DNA of 64,000 nt from Sphyrna mokarran. Lineage: Eukaryota. Under the pieces are notes generated by a model that was not told the origin of the DNA, ran no database searches, and saw only the letters and a list, made by a program, of their open reading frames with translations. This document shows positions 24,770-36,600 of the stretch, piece after piece (position 1 is the first letter of the stretch; every line of letters begins with the position of its first letter). The stretch lies in the NCBI GenBank assembly GCA_024679065.1, contig JAGIQG010000040.1:9114001-9178000 (forward strand), given 5' to 3'. The position numbers were made by a program, and so were the translations under genes.

Positions 24770-26466
24770 TCAGTGAATGTAAGTGGGCGAATGTGAGTGC
24801 GTGAGGGTGAGCGATTGAATGAGTGAGAGTGGATGAGTGATGGTGTGTGAGTGATGGAAAGTGCGTAAATGAGGCTGAGTGAGTGAAGTTCATTGAGCGA
24901 GGATGAGTGATTGAGGGTAAGTAAATGTGGGTGATGGTGAGACAGCGCGAGTAAATGAGGGTGTGTGAGAGAGTATGGGTGAGTGAAGGTGGCTGAATGT
25001 GTGAGTGAAGGTGGGCAAGTGAGAGCCGGTGAGCGAGAATGAAACAAACAGTGTGAGTGAGTGAGGATGCGTGAAGGTTATTGGCGATAAGTGAGTGCGA
25101 GTGAGTGAATGAGGGTGAAAGAGTGACTGAGTCAGGGTGTGTATTGAAGGTGGTGTGTGATAGTGTGTGAGGGAGAATGAATGCAGATGAGTGGTTGTGT
25201 GAGAGTGAGTGAGTGAGTGAAGGTGTTTGAGTGAGGATGAGTGATTGAGGATCTGTGAGTTAGGGTGCGTGATGTTGAGTGTTGATGAGTATGTGAGGGT
25301 GTGTGAGAGAATGTAGCGCGTGAGTCTGAGTGAGTTTGAATGGGTGATGTGATGTAAGTGAGAGAAAGAGCGGGTCATTGAGCTTGAGTGTGTGGGGGCG
25401 TGTCTGGCTGAGTGAGGGTGGGTAGGTGAGTGAGTGAGAGTGAGAGCGAGTAAAACTGAATGAGTGAGGGTGGGAAGTGCGATCAGTGAGTGAGAGTGAT
25501 TGAGACTGGATGAGTGAGGATGGGTAATTGAGTGAGGGTGAGTGAATGGGGTGAGTGAGCGAGGATGAATGAGAGTGAGTGAGTGAGACTGGGTGAGTGA
25601 GGGTGGATTGTGTGATGAGTGAATAAAAGTGAGTGTGAATGTTGGTGACTGACTGAGACTCTAAGTCAGTGAATGAGATTTGGTGAGTGAGGTTGAATGA
25701 GTGATGGTGTTTGAGTGTTGGTGGCTGAGTGACAGTGATTGAATGAGGACGAGTGAGTGAGGAAGTGTGAGGGTGAGTGAATATGAATGAGTGAATGTAT
25801 GTGAATGAGTGCCGGTGTGAGAGTGAGTGAATGGATGTGAATGAGCGAATGCAGATAAGTGCAGGTATGAGGATGAGTGATTCAGGGTATGTGATTGAGG
25901 TTGAAAAAGTGAAGTTGAATGAGGGTATGTGAGTGAGTGTGGGTGAGTGAGTGAGTATGGATGAGAGTTAGTGAGCGAATATGAGTGAGTGATTGTCAGT
26001 GAGTATGTGTGTGAGGGTGAGTGAGTCAGGATGAATGAGGATCGGTGACTTTCTGAGGTTGAGTGCATGAGGTTGAGTGCGTGAGATTGAATGCGTGAGG
26101 TTGAGACCGTGAGGGTGAGACCGTGAGGGTGAGACCGTGAGGGTGAGACCGTGAGGGTGAGCGCGTGAGGGTGAGCGCGTGAGGGTGAGCGTGTGAGATT
26201 GAGACCATGAGGTTGAGTGCGTGAGGTTGAGTGTGTGAGGGTGAGCGCGTGAAGGTAAGTGGTTGAGAGTGGATGAGTGAGTGGGGACGAGTGAGTGGGG
26301 ACGAGTGAGTGTGGACGAGTGAGTGGGGACGAGTGAGTGGGGACGAGTGAGAGTATGTCACTGAGGAAAGATGTGTAAGTGAGGGTGAGTGAGGGAATTT
26401 CTTTGAGTGAGGATGAGAGATTGAGGGTGCGGGATTAAGTGTAGGTGAGAGTGAGAGAGTCAGTGA
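24770..26466. repeat. GAGT/GTGA-rich degenerate satellite with 14-bp subarrays
   Basis: (GTGAGGGTGAGACC/GCGC)n at ~26095-26250 and (GAGTGAGTGGGGAC)n at ~26276-26350. Confidence 0.85.
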
Positions 26467-26886
26467 GCCACCTCCTCCTCTTCCTCTCCATCGATCTTTT
26501 CCCGATTCTCTACATTGATCAGCTTTCAGTAACAGGGCTGTGTAAAGTCAGGAATCAGTGTGGATCACCGGGCAGCTGCTTTAATGTCGGTGCCTTTCTT
26601 TAAGAAACACGGATCAGTGAACAAATAGACAGACTGAGGGAGCTGGAAGGGAAACTTACAGCAAAACTAGTGTCACACAGGAATCAAACACCAAGTTGAC
26701 ACCAGTATTGGGGAGCCAGGCGGACTTAGTCCCAGCCAGATCCCTTCTTATTTATTGTGTCTTTCTGTTCTATGTAGCACATAGAAATCTCCACTTCTGA
26801 CCTCATGTTGGATGAAGTGTGTCATTGATGAAACAATAAAAGATTGTTGGTCCCAGAACAGTCCCCTGCCGAACTCCTGCAGTGAT

Positions 26887-26927
26887 NNNNNNNNNNNNNN
26901 NNNNNNNNNNNNNNNNNNNNNNNNNNN
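26887..26927. other. Assembly gap (41 N)
   Basis: Run of N. Confidence 1.
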
Positions 26928-26929
26928 AG

Positions 26930-27910
26930 ACGATACCACACTGTCTATAAGTGATTGTGATCAGGCAAGTTTATCGCGACGCGATCGCTACAAACCCGAT
27001 GGCTAGGACTTGCGTAGTGAGAGCATTGTCCAGGCGATGCATGGTCGGGACATTAGAAGAGTCTGGTAGCTTGGGGCAGACAGATTCTAGCGAATGGAAT
27101 ATATAATCCTGATAAATGCAATAGGTGACGTGCATTTCAGGATGAAAGAGTCGTGTGGTGGGGGGAGTATATGGATAGAAGGGTGGACTGATGTAAGTAG
27201 TACAGAAACGCAGAAGTGGACCTGGGGGTGCTATCACAGGCTTGAACCACCGTCTCTGCCAGTCTGGGCACGTCTAAGTCGTGACCAGCGAAGACATATT
27301 GTGAAGGGAGCAATGCGTTGTATGAGTTGTGTGGATACCACTTGGTATAGAGGGTGCTAGTTAAGCAGTACATAGAGCTGGCCATATTAATGTTGCAGTT
27401 TATTGTATACAACTCGTCTTGGTTGTAGATCGCTCAGTTTGGCATACTGCGTATAATCACAGTTTTCTCGGTTTCCGCCTACTACCGGAAGGACTGTTGG
27501 AGCGACTCTGGGTACGAGTGCCAGGGAGTTACCAGGATGCTGCGTGGTATGGAAGGCCTGAGTTACGAGGAGAGGTTAGGCAAATTGGGACTGTTTTCCT
27601 TGGAAAATCGTAGACTTAGAGGAGATCTAATAGAGGTGTACAAGATTATGAGGGGTATAGGTAGAGTAGACAGGGTTAAGCTTTTCCCTAGGAAGGACTC
27701 GAATAGCACGAGGGGTCCTGGGCTTAGGGTGAGAGGGGTAAGGAATAATTTGGATACTGGAGGGAGTTTTTTCACACAGAGGGTGATGGGGATATGGAAT
27801 GCGCTGCCAAGTAAAGTGGTGGAGGCAGGCACTCTGGAGTTATTTAAGAAATACTTAGATGGGCACATGAACAGAATGGGAATGGAAGGGTATAGAAAAC
27901 TGATTTAAAA
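26930..27910 (+). mobile_element. CR1 3' fragment (5' half heavily degenerate or noisy)
   Basis: LSYEERLGKLGLFSLENRRLRGDLIEVYKIM...FFTQRVMGIWNALP. Confidence 0.85.
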
Positions 27911-28139
27911 TAGGGATTATGAATCTTGGGAAGTGTGAATATAGATAATGATATTGATGTACTTGTTTTTATCCTATATGTGCTTTGTCCACCTTGTTGT
28001 GTAACGAGGGGCATACAGCAATGGGTCGTGAGAGGGCTGCTCTTGGATTTTTTTCGAGAGTATCCTAGTGCTTCACGTCATTAGTGTACGTTTGACCTGG
28101 ACCATTTGATGGGCAACGCGACAGCTCAGTGAATATCTC

Positions 28140-28430
28140 TGTGCTGTGCAGATACATGGATTTGGGTCTGTGTCTGTGGGAGTTTGTGCATTCTCCCCGT
28201 GCTTGCGTGGGTTTTCTCCGGGTGCTCCGGTTTCCTCCCACATCCCAAAGATGTGCTTTTATGCTAATTGGCGAAACAAATTCTCCCTAAATTGCCTCAA
28301 ATTTGTTTTTTAAACCATAGATCTATAAACATAGACAGGGATCACGGGTAGAGGTGGGAACATCGGGGTGACGGCACGGGCTCGTTGGGCCGAAGGGCCT
28401 GTTTCCTGTGCTGTTTTGTTCTTTGTTCTT
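28140..28430 (+). mobile_element. HE1-type shark SINE; similar copies at ~34205-34395, 40200-40380, 42140-42290, 51915-52150 (+) and 50640-50820, 56100-56420 (-)
   Basis: V-SINE-like core ttctccccgtg..tgcgtgggtttt.tccgggtgctccggtttcctcccaca and a CR1-like tail gggccgaagggcctgtttc. Confidence 0.7.
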
Positions 28431-28738
28431 TGTAAGATTCTAAATTCAGGTAATATTCAATAGTGGATTCACTGGCGGGAGGGTACAGTTTCGAGTCATG
28501 TTGTTGACGCTGGATTGATAACGCAGAGAAGCAGGCTGAAGCTTTGAGAACCAGGGTTCGAATTCCAACACAGCAGGTTAACTGAATTCAAGGCAAAGTA
28601 GAATGACTGTGAGTGAGAATAGAAAATTTCAATTATGCAACATTTCCTCATTAGATCGAATATATTTTGACCACGTTTCTGCCAATTTTGAAGCGTCCGA
28701 CCGATGTGTAAATATTGCTGCAGTGTTTTTTTTAATGT

Positions 28739-28811
28739 GGGCCAGTGGCGCAATGGATAACACGTCTGACTACGGATCAGAAGATTCCAGGTTCGACTCC
28801 TGGTTGGCTCG
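28739..28811 (+). tRNA. tRNA-Arg(ACG)
   Basis: GGGCCAGTGGCGCAATGGATAACACGTCTGACTACGGATCAGAAGATTCCAGGTTCGACTCCTGGTTGGCTCG; two substitutions from canonical; TTTT at 28820-28823. Confidence 0.9.
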
Positions 28812-29463
28812 TTGTGTAATTTTCACATTCGTTCATAAACTCCATATTATTGCTGATGAAAAGTATATTTTCAATAATTTTCAACCAATTCAAAGAAATG
28901 TTGACCAAATGCAGGCAGCTTCTATGAAGATATTTATCTTAGCTACTTATTTTTCAAAAACAATGTTGACTAAAAAGACTGAAATACTTTAAGTCCTTTT
29001 GAAAAAAAAAGATTTTTTAAAATGACAAATTCTCATTAAAGTGTTTGGGAAAAATACTTCAGCAAGTTTAAGTTACCTTCTAAAAAGTTGGAAATTTCTC
29101 GAAAAGAAATGGAAACTACATTTTTTTCAGAATGGTGAAGACTGTTTCTAAAAAAAAGTTGACAAAATCTGTTGAAGAGTTTCTTTTAAATATGTTTAAT
29201 TTTAAGAAGCAAAATACACAGAATTGTTTTTTTAAAGTTTCAGTTAAAACAAATGGAGGAATTTTTTGGAGTAAATTTTATTTAAAAAGTTCAACTTAGC
29301 CAGAAGTTTCTGGTCTGCGATGCTGGGATTCTTGTCCATTGGAGCGAAGGAAATTGAAGAGTGATTTAATCGAGATGGACGAGATTAGGGCACGTTTAGA
29401 AGAGGGGCGGCAATTTATGAGATTTGGGGCAAGGCGGGGGCATCACACATGCACACACACTTA

Positions 29464-29512
<49 letters not shown>

Positions 29513-29770
29513 TTGCTCAATAACTGCCAGGCTCCAGTCGAATTGTTATTGTGTGACACCAACCGCTTCTTTTCTTTTGCCACAGAGAAGTTAAAGAGCA
29601 GCGAATGCACGAAAAACACTGACGTTGCACGCATCAGGCACCAGAGGGTTGTCATACTGTGCATTCTCATACCAATTGAACTGGCTGACAAATTATGCTC
29701 TCCTTTGGTGCTTTGTAATAAATTTAAACGAAACGCTCTTCAGCAAATCAACCATCTGCATATGAAAACG

Positions 29771-29842
29771 AGGTCCCGCCGAGATTTGAACTCGGATCAC
29801 TGGATTCAAAGTCCAGAATGCTCACCATTACACCACAGAACC
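29771..29842 (-). tRNA. tRNA-Gln(TTG)
   Basis: GGTTCTGTGGTGTAATGGTGAGCATTCTGGACTTTGAATCCAGTGATCCGAGTTCAAATCTCGGCGGGACCT, followed by a CGTTTT terminator. Confidence 0.9.
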
Positions 29843-30179
29843 CAGTACGCAGTAATATCCTGAAAATCGTGATTCAATATTTCTGCTACCATAAATAAGA
29901 AGAGAGAAATGTGAGTCCCGTTAAACAATCCCGTCAATGACCAACACCAATTCACACTTACATTGCCCTTGCTGGTTTCTCTTGTAAAAACTGAGTAAGT
30001 TGCCTTCAACTGCATTAAATTTCACTGTAGCTGCCCACATTCAAAAAGATCGAACTGATCGGGACCTTACTGTGGTAAATCTACTGACCAACATCAGCTT
30101 ATCACAGCTCTGCTTTCATCACACTGTCCCTTACATTTATTTTCTCCTGGAATTTGTACATTTTGATCTCCTAATACGC

Positions 30180-30640
30180 AGCCAGCAGCTCCCTTCTTAG
30201 CCATGATCATCACCATTTATTTTTTATTATTGATGTGAAATATTTGTCGCCACTCCTTTATTCACTGTTCTGACCAATGAAACAAGTGTACCGAATGTCT
30301 TCTTCACCACTGTAGCCACCTGTGACTTCACTTTCAAGGAGCTATGAACCTGTACTCTCCCAGATTTCTTGGTTCTTTAACTGTCCCCAATACCTCAGCC
30401 TTAACTAATTGCTGTCCTGGTTCAGTCTATCAAATGCATCACCTCGCATTTATCCAAATTAAACTCCATCTGCCTTTCATTAACCCACTGGCCCAATTGA
30501 TCAAGATCCCTTTACAATCCGAGATAACTTTTTTTTCACTATCCACTGTGCCACCAATCTTGGTGTCATTTGCAAACTTATTAACCATACCTCCTAAATT
30601 CTCAACCAAATCATTAATATAAATGGCAAATCACAATGGA
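30180..30640 (-). mobile_element. CR1 RT fragment
   Basis: RC encodes SKFANDTKIGG...WQMEFNLDKCEVMH-like sequence. Confidence 0.75.
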
Positions 30641-31140
30641 TCCACCCATGGTATTAGAAGTCACAAGGTATTTTCTCCAAGATTTTGGGTTCAGACTTTC
30701 CCCACTTTTTCACTGATGCGATGCTGACAGCTCTACATTTCCAGGTTTAAAATGTTCCTCCAGGTTAGGGGGACTTTTGCATAATGTGTTCCTTTTTTAT
30801 CACAATCCTATCTCCCAGCAGCACTAAAAGATACGGGTCAATCCTTCCGATTTTTTTCCCCAAAATTCCTTCCGTCTGGAACGCTCACACAAACCCTGAC
30901 TTTTTTTGGGATGCATTTACAAAAAATATTTTGGATGGAAAATATTAACCTGTTTGTTCAGTGATTGTAATTAATGTCGGAATTAATTCAACAGTAGTAA
31001 TCGTGTCTCTGGAGCATCCCCATCCATGTTTCATAAAGGAGTTATGCACGGTGTCATTGGGAGCGTCACAGTGATAAGCAGCTCCACAGAGAGGGAGTCG
31101 GACATCAAAATTGGGAGAAAGAAATTGCAAGCTTTCGGCA

Positions 31141-34100
31141 ATGGATCTGAATCCACGAAAAGTAGATCTGGATGTTCCCACATTGGTTCAGAATCTGAGG
31201 GACACAGATCAGAATGTTACAACAATTGGGAGGAGTTTATCCTCGATACTTTACGTTCTTTCTCAAGATTGGCTGTATACAACTGAGCGTGTTGCATATA
31301 TAATGCATCTGATTCGATACTTTTACTATCCAATCCTGGCTATTGTTGGTGTCCCTGGTAAGTATCTCCACTGATTGTTAATGATGTAGACTGTGTTTAA
31401 CTCTGCCACTCTTGCCGTCTGCTCTACCCTGTTTCGACAGTTGCTTATGGTCTGCGTCCTTATTGAGTTATCACATGTACAAAGCGCTGATCACCATGTT
31501 AATGATGCTTGTGTTGTGCAGTTAAGTTTGTAAAGATGTAAAAGATGTTTAGAAAGATGAAGAAGAATTGTGAAAACCGGTAGGAGGGGGAAAAAGTATG
31601 CGATCTTTTTAAATATGTGTTTTTGTTTGACGCTAAGATGCTTAAATTGCAGAGTACACTGAAACTTTAAGTTGCAACATTTATTCCAGGGGCCAAAAAC
31701 ATAGGGGTTGTCTTGGTAACGGGCATGGCAGGTTTTGCATTGTGGTCAGCACAGTGCGAAGTCTCACGACACCAGGTTACATTCCAACAGATTTATTTGG
31801 CACCTTTGGCTTTTGGAATGTTGTTCTTTCTTCAGGCGAGTGAGGAGTTGTGTTCAAAAATAGGACATATAAAGACACAAACTCAATTAACAAAATAATG
31901 GTTCGAATGTGAGTCTTTACAGGTAAGCAAGTCTGAAAGATACAGACAATGTGAATGGAGAGAGGGTTAAACACACGGTAAAGAAGTGTATATTGTCTCC
32001 AGCCAGGGCAGTTAGTGAAATTTTTGCAAGTCCAGCCAAGTCGTGAGAATTACAGATAATGTAACTTAAACCCAAGATCACGGTTGAGGCTGTCTTCATG
32101 TGTGTGGAACTTGGCTATCAGTCTCTGTTCAATGATTCTGCACTGCCGTGTGTCATGAAGGCCTCCTTAGAGAATTCTTACCTGGAGATCTGAGGCTGAA
32201 TGCCGGTGACTGCTGAAGTATTCCCCAACTGGAAGAGAACGTTTCTGGTGATCGACAAACCTGGGTTTGCAAACTCTCACTAACTGTCCTGACTGGAGAC
32301 AATACAAAACTCTTTAACCTGCACTTGGTGCTCTCTCCTATCACATTGTCTGTATCTTTAAGACTTGATTACCTATAAAGACGCACATTCCAACCGTTAT
32401 TTTGCAAATTGAGTTTGTGTCTTTATATGCCTTGTTTGTGAAGAGAACTCCCACTCACCTGATGAAGGAGCAGTGCTCAAAAAGCTTGTGCTGCCAAATA
32501 AACCTGTTGGACTTTAACCTGGTGTTGTGATATTTCTTACTGTGCTCACACCAGTCCAACGCCGACATCTCCAAATCATGGTTTTGCATTGTGCCAGCCC
32601 ATGAATTTAAATAAAACACACAGCTAAAAGGGACCTATTTGAAGTTATTATTGTCGCCAACCTCAAGCCAATCTGAGTACGGGGTTGTTGATTAATCATT
32701 AGGGTTATATAAAAAAAACACAACTCCCTTCAGGGCAGATCCACCAGTTCTTGAGTACAACCAGAAGCAGGGCTCGATCACCTGAAGCAGTTAGATTTAA
32801 GACAGACATGGGGAGAAATTATTTCTCTCAATGAATCTGTTGAATTCATTTCCTGAGAATGTGGTGGATGTTAGGAAATGATTAACTTGAGGAGATAGGC
32901 GGAGTTTTGAATAGTTGGATTAGAGCATGGGCTGGGGGTGCAGCTCGTAGAGGTTAGCTCGTGTTTGGTAATGGGAAGAGGGAAGGGGGCTGCGTAGTAT
33001 CATATTTGTTGTGCTCCTGATAGTTAAGAATTCACTTGCCAATTATCCAGAAAGCCTATTCCACTGGAGAATTGTGCTGTGCCTGCTACCATCTGGCCAA
33101 CTTACATCAGGTCATAGATTCACTGAAAACAAAATAGAGGCGAAAAGCTCTTGTAACTTTGGATTTTTTTAAAGGTGCAGATGGTGCCCCTATGGGACAG
33201 CCCCATTCACTCTAGAAGGGATTCTTTAGTTCTTGGCAATAAAATGAAACAAATTTTACTTCAACTTGTAAAGCAAACAAAAAGCTTTAATAAAGAAACT
33301 TCATTACTCCAACACTCGAGGCCTCACCCTGGGCCATTTCAAGCTCCCACAAACCCCAGCGGCTTCTTAATTATCCTAGTCACCTGGTCAGCTGGTATGA
33401 TTAAGATTAGGTATGGCATGAATCATTGCTCCAGTAGGTCATAGCGGGCAACAGCAAATGCACTGGGCACAATGGATGATAGCTATATACTGAACCCTGA
33501 AGCTTTGAAAGCAAACCCTGGTGGCTGTGTTCTGTGTCATTCGGGTATGAGATAATGACTTCTTCCTGTGTTGTTATATGTGTCACTGGACAATAGTCAT
33601 GCTGCTTGATTTTTCTTTGGTAATGGCCTTGGTTGGAGTTTTTTTTATCTGGTGCACAGATCGGCAACTTTCCTACTGAAAGAGGACTTACTGAGCTTCA
33701 CTGGTCCAGTAAGTCATAGTGGGCCAGCTGGAAATACACTGGGAACAATTGACAGTAGCTATACACTGAAACCTGAAGCTTTGAAAGCAAACCCTGGTAA
33801 TAGTGTTCTGTGTCATTTGAGTGTGGGGTTACTCTTTCTTCTTGTGTTGTGTAAACGGCGACCACAATGCTGTGGTCTCCTCTCCAGGATATAGTCTTTT
33901 GTAAATATAACCGAAATTCTGAGCTGTCGAGGCATTAGAATGTTTCGCTGCCAAGTGCTGGCAGTTTCCAGAGGAAAGGCTGAAACCAGCACTCTTTGGT
34001 ACCAGCTCTGCTGCAGGGGTTGTCTGTAAGCTGTCTGAAAGTTCACAGATTACTACCCACAGGACTCCACTCTGAATTTTCTCTCATGATTACCTCCACA

Positions 34101-35426
34101 GCCTTCTCACTCTCCAAATCCCAAGAGGGTAGAGAGACTATTTACCTGCAGCTGAGTGAGGGTCAATGTTGAGGAATCCACAGAAAAGTCTTTCCGAAAT
34201 GAATATCATTTCGAACGGACCATAGAGCAGCATGGTGGCACGGTGGTTGGCACTGCTGATTCACAGCATCAGGGACCTGGCTTCAATCCCAGGATTCGAT
34301 CACTGTCTGTGTCCAGTTTGGACTTCCTCCCCCTGTCTGCGTGGGTTTCCTCCAGATGTTCCACTTTCTCTCAGACTCCAAAAGACGTGCTGGTTCATCA
34401 AAAGGAGATTTTTTCAATACAGTGTTTGTGCAAACTCTTTTAAAATTTTGATCCATCTGCATTTTAAATGGTAAAATCTGCCTGAATCATATCTAATTTT
34501 ATTCTGTATTTCCCTTCCTGACAGTGAACATAATCACAATTGTGACACTGATGAGCAGAAACTGTGGTCTGTCCAAATGTGTCACTCGTTACCTGGTGGC
34601 CATGTCAGTGGGGGATCTGCTGGTTATTATCCTCGACCTGATATTGAGACAGATTCCCATTGTTTATTGGGGAAGGTTTTCTTTCCTGCTGTCACTCCCC
34701 GTGTGTAACATCCACGCAGTCCTGCTTTACGCAGCCACTGACTGTTCTGTCTGGTTCACCGTCACTTTCACCTTTGATCGATTTGTGGCCATTTGCTGCC
34801 CCAAGCTGAAAAATAAATATTGCACTGAGAAATCAGTGGCTGTGGTTCTGGGAACAGTGATGGTGTTGAGCTTTTTAAAGAACATTTTCTGGTACTTTAT
34901 GTTATTAAAGAGATATGCGCTGGTGAACAACCCCTGGTTTTGTGATTTCACATGGGATGTTGTTGGTGTTCCAGTCTGGACAACAATCGAGTTTCTCCAC
35001 AACATTATAACACCGTGTGTCCCATTTGTTCTGATTCTGCTGCTCAATGCTCTCACCGTCAGACACATTTTAGTGAGCAGCAGTGCCCGCAGGAGACTCC
35101 GGGCTCACAGCAGTGGGGAGAATCCTAGTGACCCAGAAATGGAGAGTCGAAGGAAATCCATCATTTTACTTTTTGTCATCTCAGCGAATTTCATCGTCTT
35201 ATGGTGGACATTAATGTTTTATTCAATATGGAGTCGGATGTATAGCTTGGGCTATCAGTCGATGATGTTACATCTCTTTGTTATGGAATTGGGGTTTATG
35301 CTGCAACTCACATGTTGCTGCACAAACACTGCCATTTATGCTGTGACACAGACTCACTTTAGAAAGCAGCTAAAAGACCTTCTGAAATACCCTCTTACTG
35401 CAATTCTTCATCTCAATACATTCTGA
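31141..35426 (+). CDS. GPR139-like class A GPCR, 2 exons (31141-31357, 34525-35426), 372 aa
   Basis: Exon 1 ends YYPILAIVGVP G|GTAAGT; acceptor ttcccttcctgacag; join gives VP-V-NIITIVTLMSRNCGLSKCVTRYLVAM; DRFVAICC, NTAIY. Intron position is the same as in the 8451 gene. Confidence 0.92.
31760..32580 (-). mobile_element. Penelope-like element fragment: GIY-YIG C-terminus between inverted pseudo-LTRs
   Basis: 31769-31970 is an inverted copy of ~32315-32525; RC of 32060-32240 reads PVGEYFSSHRHSASDLQVRIL*GGLHDTRQCRIIEQRLIAKFHTHEDSLNRDLGF. Confidence 0.8.
33430..33830. repeat. ~120-bp direct repeat (33430-33550, 33706-33826) in the GPCR intron
   Basis: Shared cctgaagctttgaaagcaaaccctggt...gtgttctgtgtcatt. 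Confidence 0.75.
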
Positions 35427-35999
35427 CTTGAAACTGCAACCTGAAGGTACCTGACTCTTCCTGTTAATATTCATTGTAAACAACAATACAGCATCACAGC
35501 AACAGAAATAATTACATACACACACATACATACACACACACACAGATGGCAGTGTTAGCAACTGTGAGAGTGATAGAGAGAGAGAGATTGGCAGAGGGAA
35601 AGGCACAAAGACATGGAGAACAACAAAGTTTGAAATATTTTCTAACAGGTGCAGACAGAGAGATAACAGAGACAGAGAGAGAGTCTCACAGAGCGAGAAG
35701 AGACAGGAATAGGGGGTAGAGGAAATGGTGAGGGTGATGTACAGGGAATGAAAAAGGGAGACAGAGAAGATAGTTTTGAGGTTGAAATACGGTATTGAAA
35801 GGAAGATGAAGGGGAAATGGGAGGCAGAAAGTGAGACAGAGGAAAATAGCCAGAGATAAAGAGAAATAGAGTTAACAGATACTGATGTATTCTCAATGGA
35901 AGAGAGGGGAATCATGAACTAAGTGACTAATTGGTGGAATGGACGAGTAATTTGGATATTTAACTTATTGCAGAGAAAAGTTACATGACTGGTTTTGTT

Positions 36000-36600
36000 A
36001 AACAGAATGTGAAGAGACAAATGGAATTAATGAAAACGGTATGAAATTGAATATAGACGCCGAGGGACATGAGTGAAGATGTGAACAAATCATTCATGGT
36101 GCAAGGCAGGTTTAGACAGCGGGTAAAATAAAAAGTGACTCATCTAGAGGGGAAAATAGAGATGCAAGCTAATTGTGTTAAATTTGTAGATAACATTTGG
36201 AAAATAGACAACCGAACGAAAGGCAGAATGTAAAGTCGATAGGCTGGGTGCAGGGGGAAGAAAAACAGGAGAAAAATTCCTGAGATCAAAAACTCCAGTG
36301 ACCAAAATATTTTGGAGCATTCCGGACTAATTTCCTTGACAGGAAATTGCTGATGTGACTTTAATGAGGTATTCAAAATCCTGAGGGGTCTTGACAGAGT
36401 AGATAGAGAGAAACTGTTCAATGGCAGAAGGATCTTGACACACAGGGCGCGGTTTGAAGTAATTTGGTGAAAGGAGCATGGAGACATCACGAAAAACATT
36501 TTCGGACAGTGAGTGATCCTGATCTGGAATGTGCTCTTTAAGTGTCGTGTAGGCAGCGCCAATTAATGGTTTCAAATTGGGATTGAATTGTTGCCTGAAA
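36000..36600 (+). mobile_element. Old CR1 3' fragment
   Basis: gaggtattcaaaatcctgaggggtcttgacagagtagatagagagaaactgtt and similar motifs. Confidence 0.7.

Noticed and set aside
24002-26361. Multiple ORFs rich in H/S/L/T or S/L/P
   Set aside because: Translations of the J-C intron repeats; no domain features.
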